Positions 28,350-37,687 of a stretch of DNA of 64,000 bases are shown here, piece after piece. The notes under the pieces are model-generated. The model worked only from the letters and a program-made list of their open reading frames with translations, did no database searches and was not told the origin of the DNA. The translations under genes and the position numbers were made by a program. The DNA is from an uncultured Oscillospiraceae bacterium (GTDB lineage Bacteria; Bacillota; Clostridia; Saccharofermentanales; Fastidiosipilaceae): positions 66,236 to 130,235 of the forward strand of contig CAZLEA010000001.1 of NCBI GenBank assembly GCA_964558445.1. The letters run 5' to 3'. Each line of letters begins with the position of its first letter. The stretch's first letter is position 1.

Positions 28350-29879
28350 CTATTGTATTCGCCAGCCGACGGGGTACAGATTCTTCAGTCTCCCCGACCG
28401 ATCAATCTTCACCCAAGTCAGCGGGTAGCCATCCACTGTTACGGCGAGGATACCCCTCGCTTCCGATGTGGAAGCAGCTACCAGCCTCGCCTGTTCTTCT
28501 TCTGTTAATTCTATCGTCTCGCCCTTCAGAAGTTTCGTCACACGTGCATCACAGCTTGTAAGCATGAGGCTTCGATCAAGACGAAACATATCCGCTTGCC
28601 AGGCCAGAATCGGAGAGTGTGAGATATCGAAACGGTTCCCTCTTCTGTCCTCGACCAGATTACCCAAGTAGAGCCCCTCCTTGAGCAGATGCAGACCGTC
28701 AAGACCAAGTGCATGCTCCGGTGGCAATTGGACACGCCCGTGCTCGATTTGCATACGAGAGTCAAGTTTCGCTCTAAGCTCTTGCCAAGCATCCTCCGTC
28801 AGCAAATCCTCGAAGATGCGATAGATCAGCTCTCTGTCTCCGGTACTAATCTTCTTGCGCTTAACTTGTTTACCAACAGCAGGAACGGCAGGCGATTCAA
28901 GCGTTTCGGCAGTCTTCTCGATCAAGACGGCAAAGTGCCCCTCACCCCTATTTCGCCACGGCCAAATTCGGCCCGCAAGCTCAAGCCCGAGTTCCGGATG
29001 ATCGCCCGAGATGCCCGGGTCGATAGATGCGCCGGTTGGCAGATTATCGCGCAAATCTCGTATGCGTAGGTCGGGGTGAGAAATCAAGAGGGCTTCGATC
29101 TGAGCCTCGTTCTCCAAGCGATTAAACGTACAGGTCGAATAGACCATGGTCCCGCCGGGACGAAGCAATTCGTAGGCTGCTTCCAGGATATTCGCCTGTA
29201 TCTCCCGAATCGAACTTGGTCCATACTCCGCCCAAGATGCGATGCTCTTGGGCGCACGGCGAAACATCCCCTCGCCGGAGCAGGGCGCATCGATCAAGAC
29301 ATGGTCGAATGCTCCGGGCCAGCGCTTGGCTAAGTCGACCGGATCCGCAGCCGTGACCACGCAATTTCGGACGCCCAATTGCTCCAAGTTTCGTACGAGT
29401 ATGCGGCCTCTGGAGCTACTGATGTCGTTGGAGACAAGCAGTCCCTCGCCTCCTAGATCGGCGGCCAAGCGTGCGCTCTTGCCACCGGGGGCCGCGCACA
29501 GATCGATGACCGATTCACCGGGCTTCACCCCGAGTGCCTGTGCCGGCAGCATCGCCGACGGCTCCTGAATATAGTAGAGACCGAGGCGATAAGCGAGGCT
29601 TCGGCCATATGCCAGAACATCCGTCGTCTCATAGCCGTCATCGGACCAGGCGACAGGCACAAGTTCAGAGCGAAACGACTGTCCTTCTTCTGTCTGGAAG
29701 ATTCGTTCCAGATCGTCTTGCAATCGATCTAAATTTGCTTGTTTCAAAGGATTGAGACGAAGGCCCGTGTGCGCGCGCTGCCGGAAACCCTCCAGGAACA
29801 AAGCCTTCTCGTCTCCTAAGCCGGCTTGTATTAACAGGCGCTCCATCTCTTGGACGAAGGCCTCCGGTAAACGATTCAT
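28350..29879 (-). CDS. NOL1/NOP2/Sun-family RNA m5C methyltransferase (RsmF/RsmB-like)
   Basis: DLCAAPGGKS SAM motif, DAPCSGEGMFRR and YSTCTF catalytic Cys motifs. Start set at MNRLPEAF with a GAGGAG SD. Confidence 0.85.
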   Translation of the reverse strand: MNRLPEAFVQEMERLLIQAGLGDEKALFLEGFRQRAHTGLRLNPLKQANLDRLQDDLERIFQTEEGQSFRSELVPVAWSDDGYETTDVLAYGRSLAYRLGLYYIQEPSAMLPAQALGVKPGESVIDLCAAPGGKSARLAADLGGEGLLVSNDISSSRGRILVRNLEQLGVRNCVVTAADPVDLAKRWPGAFDHVLIDAPCSGEGMFRRAPKSIASWAEYGPSSIREIQANILEAAYELLRPGGTMVYSTCTFNRLENEAQIEALLISHPDLRIRDLRDNLPTGASIDPGISGDHPELGLELAGRIWPWRNRGEGHFAVLIEKTAETLESPAVPAVGKQVKRKKISTGDRELIYRIFEDLLTEDAWQELRAKLDSRMQIEHGRVQLPPEHALGLDGLHLLKEGLYLGNLVEDRRGNRFDISHSPILAWQADMFRLDRSLMLTSCDARVTKLLKGETIELTEEEQARLVAASTSEARGILAVTVDGYPLTWVKIDRSGRLKNLYPVGWRIQ

Positions 29880-29895
29880 ATAAACAGATTCTCCT

Positions 29896-31659
29896 CTAAT
29901 ATCCGAGACCAAAAGCCATTTGATAAGCCAAGCGCTTCACTACATCGGTATCGTCTTGCGGTCGAAGCTTCGCTTGGCGAATACTCTCTTCGAGGCTATC
30001 CGAGCGCTTGGCGGCGATCAGGCGCAGATAGGCAGCTCTCGCCCCCTCGGCATCGTCCTTGGCCAGATCCCATAATTGGAGTGCAAGCAAACGAGACGAG
30101 AACTCGGCTACACCATAGTAGGGTGCGAGCACGAGGCTTGGAATCAGGCGCCAGCTCTCCTCTTGGATCAAGAGCCATTCGTGGTCGTCGGCCAGATCAG
30201 GGTACCAGCGCTCCATGAGTCTGAGCCACTCCTCGTTTCGGCGAACGTCATCGCTCTCATCCGAGTAACAGAAATCTTCGAATTCCTCGACCATGGCTGT
30301 ATAGATCAGGTCGTTTAGCAATTGTACGAGGAGTGCATCGCGTACCTGTTTACCCTCTTCTGGCGTCAGATAAGCGCCTGGCAGGCGATCCAAGACGAGA
30401 CCGACGAGGCCGAAGCCCTTGGCAGATTGTGCATCCATGGCCGGGAAACGAAGCATCGGCATCGGATTCTCGTTTGTCGCGAGTAACGACAGGGCATAGC
30501 CAAGCGAGGCGATGGTCTCGGCAAGCTGCTTGCTATCGTGCATCGATACCATCGCGATAAACGGTACCTCCATGGCAGGCAGACAGAAAATCATGTGATT
30601 CTCAATATTGCTCTCTTGAATATAAGACTGTTTCGCCAGTTGTTCGAAGTACGGTGGCACATCCGGCCCAAGCACGTCGGCGAGGATCTTCGTAACAGCC
30701 TCGTTTAGAGGTGAGACGGTCATCTCTTCTCCTGTACCCGGTTCCCCCCAAGTCTGTGCCAAATCAGTCTCGACTTCCGTACCAAGCGGTGCCGGCAAGT
30801 CTTGTTTGTGATGCACGGTCGCCGCAGCTGTCGGATAGAGATCCACGAGATGTCTGCCGGTCTGCTGCGCGACGCGATACCTCGCCTGTGCAGCGATCGG
30901 GACCAGCCACTTAGCAATCGCTTCCTTGACGTCCACACGGCCCTGATGCGCGTCATCCAAGATGCCGATTCGACGCTTCGCAAGCGAAGAGAAGTGCAAG
31001 AAGCCCTGGTCTGCCGCAAGCTCACGGCGCTCCAGGACCAGGGGTTGGAAGACTTGCTTATCGATCCAAGTCAGATCGCTTGCCGTATAGTCTGTCTCGT
31101 AGAAGAGCAGTTCCGGAACATGCCAGTGATGGCTCGCCATGCGCTCGGGGCGAAGCGTCGGGAAGTGCTGGTCGCGAAACTGACGCATAATCCGGTACTC
31201 GGCCTTCGCATGCGGGTGCTCGCGCTCCTGATTCAGTAGGTTTAGGTTGTGGAGTGCGATCAGGCTGCCTTTGCCAATTGCTTGACCGAGGTCAAACAAT
31301 TCATCTTGTTGTAGCAAGCCGCTGAAGGTCTCATAGATCAAGGTATTAAGTTCGGGTGCCAGATCCTGGTAATAGAGGTGCTCCTCCGCCAAGCGCGTAT
31401 CGCTTGGTCGGATACGATACATCGCAGCCGCCAAGCCGCCGGCCGTGAGGAATTCGCCAAGACTCGGCGCGAAATCATCTAGCTGCCTTCTGATCTGATC
31501 CGGGCTGCGTTTACTCCGAAGATAGCGGGCCAGCAAGCGACTCTCCGCTTCCAGCAGATTCAGGCGGGCATGCCGATACGGCAACGCGCCAAACGCTTCC
31601 AGCCCGGTCAGATCCGGCCATCGTATCGACTTCGATCCATCCGTTTGCTGCCCCTGCAT
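29896..31659 (-). CDS. oligoendopeptidase F (M3B)-like protein lacking the HExxH zinc motif; probable pseudo-peptidase
   Basis: 587 aa. Where M3B peptidases read ...TLxHExGHxxH, this protein reads KQLAETIASLGYALS (codons at 30493-30507). The C-terminal WRLIPSLVLAPYYGVAEFSSRLLALQLW resembles the M3B W..IPHF...FYVYQY block. Confidence 0.5.
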   Translation of the reverse strand: MQGQQTDGSKSIRWPDLTGLEAFGALPYRHARLNLLEAESRLLARYLRSKRSPDQIRRQLDDFAPSLGEFLTAGGLAAAMYRIRPSDTRLAEEHLYYQDLAPELNTLIYETFSGLLQQDELFDLGQAIGKGSLIALHNLNLLNQEREHPHAKAEYRIMRQFRDQHFPTLRPERMASHHWHVPELLFYETDYTASDLTWIDKQVFQPLVLERRELAADQGFLHFSSLAKRRIGILDDAHQGRVDVKEAIAKWLVPIAAQARYRVAQQTGRHLVDLYPTAAATVHHKQDLPAPLGTEVETDLAQTWGEPGTGEEMTVSPLNEAVTKILADVLGPDVPPYFEQLAKQSYIQESNIENHMIFCLPAMEVPFIAMVSMHDSKQLAETIASLGYALSLLATNENPMPMLRFPAMDAQSAKGFGLVGLVLDRLPGAYLTPEEGKQVRDALLVQLLNDLIYTAMVEEFEDFCYSDESDDVRRNEEWLRLMERWYPDLADDHEWLLIQEESWRLIPSLVLAPYYGVAEFSSRLLALQLWDLAKDDAEGARAAYLRLIAAKRSDSLEESIRQAKLRPQDDTDVVKRLAYQMAFGLGY

Positions 31660-31694
31660 CTTGGTCTCTCCTCCCTCGCTCTCGTGTTTGTCTG

Positions 31695-33428
31695 TTACAT
31701 TCTCTCTACGGTCTCGATACCGAGCAGACCAAGACCTGACTCAAGGACCTTGCAGACCGCCTGCAGCAGGGCCAGTCGTGCTCTGCGTACATCAGGGTCC
31801 GAAGCCCCCAGAATCGTGACATGATTGTAGTATTTGTTGAACTGGCGAGCTAGGAGAGATACATGCCTCGAAACCATGAAGGGTTCGTTGGCACGCATCG
31901 CCTGTGCGACCGCATCGTCGAATTCATCGATGAGCTTGGCGAGCGAGAACTCGAGCTCATGCGTCAGTAGCTGCAAATCCTTATTTGTTGGCACGGCATC
32001 GCGTTCTGCCTCATCTGCGCGACGCATAATCGACTTGGCTCTGGCATAGGTATAGAGCAGGTAGGGTGCGGTGTCGCCGTTGAAGTCTAGCATATCGTCC
32101 CAAGAGAAGATGATGTCTCGGTCACGACCGTTCTTCAAGAAGGTATATTGGACAGCTGCCAAACCGACCTTGTTCGCAACCGTGTCGATCTCATCGTTTG
32201 TCATCTGCTCTTGGCGTTCGGCATTGTTCGAGACTATAATCTCGCGCGTCTTCGCCACGGTTTCGCGAAGTACGTCCTCGAGGAGGATCGCGTTACCTTC
32301 GCGTGTAGAGAACTTGGCATCCGGGAATCGAACGGTTCCGAAGGTCACATGCAAGCAGTTATCGGCCGCTTCGTAGCCCATGAGGCGTGCGACCTCGAAC
32401 ACCTGTGTGAAGTGAAGCGACTGCGGCATACCGACAACATAGATGTTCTTGCTGAAGTGATAGTTGTTCCACCGCCAGATCAGCGCCGCAATATCGCGCG
32501 AGGCATAGATCGTGGCTCCGTCACTCTTGAGGATGATGGCGGGTGGGATATCCTTCTCTTCCAATAAGACGACTTGAGCGCCGCGACTCTCTGTCAAGAG
32601 CTGCTTCTCTCTGAGCTCCTCCACGACGGCAGGGATGAAGTCGCCGTAGAAGCTCTCTCCGTTCCAGTTATCGAACTCGATGCCCAGCTGCAAGTAGATA
32701 CGATTGAACTCCTTCAAGCTAAGCTCGCGGAAGCGTGTCCACAGTGCCATCTCTGCCGGTTCCTTGGCTTCGAGACGACGGAAGCGATCGCGCGCGAGAT
32801 CGTCGAGTTCGGGCTCGTGCTCTGCCTCTTGGTGGAACTTGACATAGATACGCGTGAGCTCCTTGATCGGCTCGATCTCTAGTGCCTCTTCGTCGCACCA
32901 ACGATCGTATGCGACCATCAGTTTACCGAACTGCGTGCCGTAATCTCCCAGGTGATTGAAACGCTCTACTTGGTAGCCGAGGCGATCGTAGATACGGGCA
33001 AGCGATTCGCCTAGTATCGTCGTAAAGGCATGGCCGACATGGAAGGGTTTGGCGATGTTCGGCGAGGAATATTCGATGATAACCGTCTCGCCGCTACCTG
33101 CCATAGATGCACCGGGGACGAAATCCTCGTCCAAGGTTGAAGCGATCACATCTGCCGTATAGTAAGCTTCGTTCAAGAAGAAGTTTAGGTAACCGCCTTC
33201 TTGGCGTACCTCCTTCAGAAACGAGGGCAAATCCACAAGCTTCTCCTTCAGATCTGCTGCGATCTTGGGCGGTGCTTGGCGAAGCTGTTTGGCAAGCTTG
33301 AAACAAGGGAGCGCATAATCTCCGAGCTCCGGGTTCGGCGGGCTCTCCAGCAGAGGATAGATAAACTCGCTATCCAAATCGGATACCCGAGCGAGTGTCT
33401 CGGCAGTCAATTGCTTATAGTCAGTCAT
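31695..33428 (-). CDS. argS: arginine--tRNA ligase
   Basis: SSPNIAKPFHVGH (HIGH-type motif), an ArgRS N-terminal add-on domain, and a C-terminal DALR-type anticodon-binding region. Confidence 0.93.
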   Translation of the reverse strand: MTDYKQLTAETLARVSDLDSEFIYPLLESPPNPELGDYALPCFKLAKQLRQAPPKIAADLKEKLVDLPSFLKEVRQEGGYLNFFLNEAYYTADVIASTLDEDFVPGASMAGSGETVIIEYSSPNIAKPFHVGHAFTTILGESLARIYDRLGYQVERFNHLGDYGTQFGKLMVAYDRWCDEEALEIEPIKELTRIYVKFHQEAEHEPELDDLARDRFRRLEAKEPAEMALWTRFRELSLKEFNRIYLQLGIEFDNWNGESFYGDFIPAVVEELREKQLLTESRGAQVVLLEEKDIPPAIILKSDGATIYASRDIAALIWRWNNYHFSKNIYVVGMPQSLHFTQVFEVARLMGYEAADNCLHVTFGTVRFPDAKFSTREGNAILLEDVLRETVAKTREIIVSNNAERQEQMTNDEIDTVANKVGLAAVQYTFLKNGRDRDIIFSWDDMLDFNGDTAPYLLYTYARAKSIMRRADEAERDAVPTNKDLQLLTHELEFSLAKLIDEFDDAVAQAMRANEPFMVSRHVSLLARQFNKYYNHVTILGASDPDVRRARLALLQAVCKVLESGLGLLGIETVERM

Positions 33429-33500
33429 CTTCAGACCTTCCTTTATCCATAATAAATCTAAGTAAATTGTGAGTTATAGGGTTTAGGGGCGGCGTGGACA

Positions 33501-33899
33501 TCAATCGGTCTCACTTACAGAGCCCTCGATCAACACAGAGGGGGTAACCAGAATAACGTTACCCGATTCATCGGTCTCATAAACAGGATTACCGCTCTCG
33601 TCCGTCACAACCGATCCGTATTCGTCCGTCACGACGATCGGTTCGGAGAAATCCAGGAAGCGACCCAGGAATTGCGACAAGAAGATAAACACCACGGTCA
33701 ACACAACGAGCGCCACCAGAATCAACAAGCCGGACAAGAAACAAGACTTGATCGTGCCCGAGAACTTACGCCCGAACTCCTTGCGCTTCTCCTGCGGGCT
33801 CAACTGCTTACGGTTTAGGCGCTTCCCTTGGAGGAAGGTGCCGCACTTGATGCATACGTTCCTATTCTCGTTTTCCGTTCCACATGTCGGACATTTCAT
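33501..33899 (-). CDS. zinc-ribbon plus single-TM hypothetical protein
   Basis: MKCPTCGTENENRNVCIKCG zinc ribbon, a basic linker, one TM segment, and a short extracytoplasmic tail with repeated DE(Y/S)G(S/N)(V/P)V units. Confidence 0.6.
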   Translation of the reverse strand: MKCPTCGTENENRNVCIKCGTFLQGKRLNRKQLSPQEKRKEFGRKFSGTIKSCFLSGLLILVALVVLTVVFIFLSQFLGRFLDFSEPIVVTDEYGSVVTDESGNPVYETDESGNVILVTPSVLIEGSVSETD

Positions 33900-34010
33900 A
33901 GTGCTCCAGCCTTTCTTTGACTCATATCTCACCTATTATACATCATAAGTTCTCCGGAGGGCTTATGATGTATAATAAGAAAAGTTATCCTTAAGAGGAA
34001 GAGGTTATTC

Positions 34011-35981
34011 ATGCGCATTGTTCACCGAACCAGGGAACTCCAGTACCGTAAGCCATACGGCGCCGCTCCCTGCGATACCTATATAGACTTAACGATTGAT
34101 GTGGTCGATCAGATAGACGAGCTCGACTTCGTACTCCTGAATTATGCCTACGGGCTAGAAGACTTCACGGAAGGCCGCATCATGATGCAAGTTGTGGGCG
34201 ACAGTCCTTCGGACTCTCCTGCCCGCTTCCATGTCAGACTGCGAACACCGGGCTTACCCGCTCTGCTCTTTTACTGGTTTGAGATCCGTATGCGTGACAA
34301 ATCTGTTTTGTATGTATCTGCTCGCAGCGATCACAGCGGTGACGCCATCACCGGCACAACACCGCCTCGCTATCAGGCGAACGTGAGTCGTCTGCCTCAG
34401 CCGTTTCAGATCACGGTCTATGAGAAGAACTTCACCGTACCCTCTTGGTATGCAGGCAAGTTTATGTATCAGATCTTCCCCGATCGCTTCAAGCGTGGCC
34501 AAGACTACGATTACGCCAAACAATTAAACGGTCACCATTCGAACCAACGAATCTACCATGAGGACTGGACCGCCGAGGTCGATATCGTCGGGCGTGAACC
34601 GGAAGGCTACAAGGCGCTGGACTTCTTCGGCGGTACACTACAAGGTATCCGAGAGGAGCTGCCCTACCTGCGCAGCCTTGGCATACAAATCATCTACTTG
34701 AATCCGATCTTCGAGGCCAGGTCCAATCACCGCTACGATACAGCAGATTACCTGAGCGTCGACCCGATGCTTGGCACGAATGACGACTTCACAAGGCTCT
34801 GCGAAGCTGCAAGGGCACTCGACATGAGAATCATCATCGATGGGGTCTTCAGCCACACGGGTGCTGATAGCATCTACTTCAATAAGTACGGGCACTACCC
34901 GGAGAAGGGCGCATTTCAAGGTCTGCTCGAGAAGAGCTATTCGCCGTACTTCAACTGGTACAACATGCACCAAGATGCGGACAGCATCACCTATGATTCT
35001 TGGTGGGGTTTCGAGGACTTGCCGGCCGTTCGCGAGAACGACCTCACCTTCCGCGACTTCATCTTGGGTCCGGACGGTGTGATACGCACTTGGCTTCGAC
35101 GCGGCGCCTCCGGTTTCCGCCTCGATGTCTCCGATGAATTGCCCGACAGCTTCCTTCGCGAGCTTCGCCTGGTCTTGAAGGACGAGAATCCCGAAGCGGT
35201 GATCCTCGGTGAGGTCTGGGAGGATGCCAGTAACAAGGTCAGTTACGGCTCATACCGAGACTTCCTCTTCGGTCGTACCCATGACAATGTGATGGGCTAC
35301 CCGTTTCGTCAGGCTGTCATCGACTTCTTCAAGTCTTATATCGCGGCAGATGAGTTTATCAATCGTCTGGAGACGATACGAGAGCACTATCCTGCACCGG
35401 CCTTTGCCTCCTCGATGAACCTCATCGGCAGTCACGATACGGCCCGCTTCATCACGGAAGTGGCAGGGGATCCCGATCCGGGCAGTCGCGAATTGCAGAT
35501 GAACATGCGCCTGTCCGCAGAACAGCGAGAACTCGGTTTGAACTTACTTCATTTGGCTAGCTTCTTCCAACTGACGTACCCCGGCACACCCTCACTCTAT
35601 TATGGCGATGAGATCGGGATGGAGGGCTACCGCGATCCGTTCAACCGCAGGACCTTCGATCACAGCTTGCAAGAAGACCCGCTCAGCTTACAGATCGGCA
35701 GTATCGGGGAGCTTCGTGAACGCTATCCGGTTCTGCAAACAGGCTTCGTCCGTACACTCAGTGCGAGCGGCAGGTTACTGATCTATCAACGTTATCTCGA
35801 CAGCGAGCGACATGACCTCCTCGGCCACAAGCAAGACGGTCCGGATCAGATCGTCTTGGCGATCAACGCATCCGATCAAGAGAAGCAGGTCGTGACACCC
35901 GATGGTGAGAAGTACACGCTCGAGGCCTACAGCGGTAGCGCCTTCGTAGAGGGCAAACAACTGGTCTTCAAACACAACTGA
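34011..35981 (+). CDS. GH13 alpha-amylase-family glycoside hydrolase (neopullulanase/cyclomaltodextrinase-like)
   Basis: GH13 regions I-IV: DGVFSHTG, GFRLDVSDE, ILGEVWED and IGSHDTARF. An N-terminal extra domain of about 130 aa. Confidence 0.85.
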   Translation: MRIVHRTRELQYRKPYGAAPCDTYIDLTIDVVDQIDELDFVLLNYAYGLEDFTEGRIMMQVVGDSPSDSPARFHVRLRTPGLPALLFYWFEIRMRDKSVLYVSARSDHSGDAITGTTPPRYQANVSRLPQPFQITVYEKNFTVPSWYAGKFMYQIFPDRFKRGQDYDYAKQLNGHHSNQRIYHEDWTAEVDIVGREPEGYKALDFFGGTLQGIREELPYLRSLGIQIIYLNPIFEARSNHRYDTADYLSVDPMLGTNDDFTRLCEAARALDMRIIIDGVFSHTGADSIYFNKYGHYPEKGAFQGLLEKSYSPYFNWYNMHQDADSITYDSWWGFEDLPAVRENDLTFRDFILGPDGVIRTWLRRGASGFRLDVSDELPDSFLRELRLVLKDENPEAVILGEVWEDASNKVSYGSYRDFLFGRTHDNVMGYPFRQAVIDFFKSYIAADEFINRLETIREHYPAPAFASSMNLIGSHDTARFITEVAGDPDPGSRELQMNMRLSAEQRELGLNLLHLASFFQLTYPGTPSLYYGDEIGMEGYRDPFNRRTFDHSLQEDPLSLQIGSIGELRERYPVLQTGFVRTLSASGRLLIYQRYLDSERHDLLGHKQDGPDQIVLAINASDQEKQVVTPDGEKYTLEAYSGSAFVEGKQLVFKHN

Positions 35982-35984
35982 AGA

Positions 35985-36022
35985 ATCCCCGAGTGATCCG
36001 ATCGATCGGTTCACTCGGGGAT
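35985..36022. terminator. bidirectional terminator hairpin between the GH13 gene and glgA
   Basis: Perfect 12-bp stem ATCCCCGAGTGA / TCACTCGGGGAT with a 14-nt loop. Confidence 0.6.
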
Positions 36023-36055
36023 TTCGTATAATCATACAGGTTCTGCTGTATTCGC

Positions 36056-37657
36056 CTAGACCTTCGGCTGTGCCTTCGTTTGCGGCTTCGCCTTAGGTTT
36101 AGGCTCCGTCTTGGTCTTCGGTTCTGCCTTCGTCTTGGGCTCCACCTTCGCTGTCGATTCCGCCTTCTGCTCTTGCGGTGCCAAGCGCTCATGTCGCTCC
36201 TTGGCCTTACGAATCAAGGAATCAAACAAGTCGATATACTTCTTCGCGGACAGGGTCCAGCTGAAGTCCTTGGCCATCGCGTTCTTCACCAGATTATGCC
36301 AGCGCATATCCTTCGCTCGCCAGATATCGATCGCTTCCTTCGTCACAAACAAGAATTCGTGTGCATTAATATTAGCAAACGAGAAGCCATCTCCCGCCCC
36401 CGTATACTGATTGTACGGGACAATCGTGTCACGCAAACCGCCGGTCTCACGCACGATCGGAATCGTACCGTAACGCATCGAGATCATCTGTGACAAACCA
36501 CAGGGTTCGAAGATCGACGGCATCAAGAACATATCGGAACCTGCGTAGATGCGCTGGGCCAGTGCTCCGTCGAAGCGAATTGCCGCCCGCATATTCTTGC
36601 CGTGCCTGGCTGCAATCACATTCAAACGATCCTCGTACTTCTGCTCGCCCGTACCGAGCACGATCACTTGGATGTCCTCTTCCAACAGCTCATCTAGAAT
36701 CGGGAGCAGTAGATCAAGCCCCTTCTGATCCACAAGTCGCGTAATCATCGCCAAAAGCGGTACGGAATCGGTCTGTTCGAGTCCGAATTCCTCTTGCAGT
36801 GCTCGCTTGTTTCGCGGCTTGATCTTCTTGTAGCTTGCGAAGTCGAAGTTCTCTTCTATACGCTTGTCTGTCTTGGGATCATAGAGTTCCATATCGATTC
36901 CGTTTATGATACCCGAAATCTTGAAGCGAAAGCTCTGCAACACATAATCCAGGCCCTCACCGAAGAAGCTCGTCATGATCTCTTCGCTATAGGTCTGTGA
37001 GACCGTCGTCACGGCATTCGCGTAGACGATACCCGCCTTCATGAAATTGGCGGCACCGTCATGGAGCACACCGAACTCGTTCATATAATCTTCCGATAAA
37101 TCGCACAGATCCGATACATAATCGGCACCGTGTATGCCCTGGTATTCCAGGTTATGAATCGTAAATACCGTCTTCACGTCACGGAAGAAGCCGTAGGGCC
37201 AGTAGTGCGCTTGCATCAAGACCGGAACCAGGCCGCTCTGCCAGTCGTTACAGTGCAGAATATCGGGCCAGAAATCCATCGGCATGCCCATCGCTTCCAA
37301 TACCGCACGCTGGAAGAAACTGAAGCGCTCGATATCAAACGTATACTCCAAGTAGATCTGATCGTGCCCGAAGTAATACTCGTTGTCGATGAAGTAGAAG
37401 TGCACGCCCTCGTAATCCATCTCGTACAAGCCGCTGTACTGTTCGCGCCAACCCATGCGGATGCTGCCATAGCGGCGGAACTGGAGGCGATCGGCGTAAG
37501 CATCCTTGATCTGCTTGTAGAGCGGCATGACGACGCGCGCGTCCGTCCCGAGCTTCCGAAGCTCTCCCGGCAGTACGCCGATGACATCGGCGAGGCCGCC
37601 CACCTTGGCAAAGGGGGCGACTTCAGACGCAATATGCAAGACCTTAAGTGTATTCAT
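36056..37657 (-). CDS. glgA: glycogen synthase with a Lys/Pro/Thr-rich repetitive C-terminal tail
   Basis: KVLHIASEVAPFAKVGGLADV and PSIFEPCGLSQM are GlgA motifs. The last roughly 45 aa read ...KAESTAKVEPKTKAEPKTKTEPKPKAKPQTKAQPKV. Confidence 0.92.
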   Translation of the reverse strand: MNTLKVLHIASEVAPFAKVGGLADVIGVLPGELRKLGTDARVVMPLYKQIKDAYADRLQFRRYGSIRMGWREQYSGLYEMDYEGVHFYFIDNEYYFGHDQIYLEYTFDIERFSFFQRAVLEAMGMPMDFWPDILHCNDWQSGLVPVLMQAHYWPYGFFRDVKTVFTIHNLEYQGIHGADYVSDLCDLSEDYMNEFGVLHDGAANFMKAGIVYANAVTTVSQTYSEEIMTSFFGEGLDYVLQSFRFKISGIINGIDMELYDPKTDKRIEENFDFASYKKIKPRNKRALQEEFGLEQTDSVPLLAMITRLVDQKGLDLLLPILDELLEEDIQVIVLGTGEQKYEDRLNVIAARHGKNMRAAIRFDGALAQRIYAGSDMFLMPSIFEPCGLSQMISMRYGTIPIVRETGGLRDTIVPYNQYTGAGDGFSFANINAHEFLFVTKEAIDIWRAKDMRWHNLVKNAMAKDFSWTLSAKKYIDLFDSLIRKAKERHERLAPQEQKAESTAKVEPKTKAEPKTKTEPKPKAKPQTKAQPKV

Positions 37658-37687
37658 GTGTCGAACTCCCTCCGTAGAAGCTTGGGC

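Noticed and set aside
35968-36493. Arg-rich ORFs (35968..36192 minus, 36080..36493 plus, 36111..36410 plus) around the glgA 3' end, and the possibility of a short repeat array there.
   Set aside because: They are alternative-frame readings of the Lys/Pro-codon quasi-repeat that encodes the GlgA tail. The repeats are degenerate, in frame with glgA, and have no spacer structure, so this is not a CRISPR or other array.
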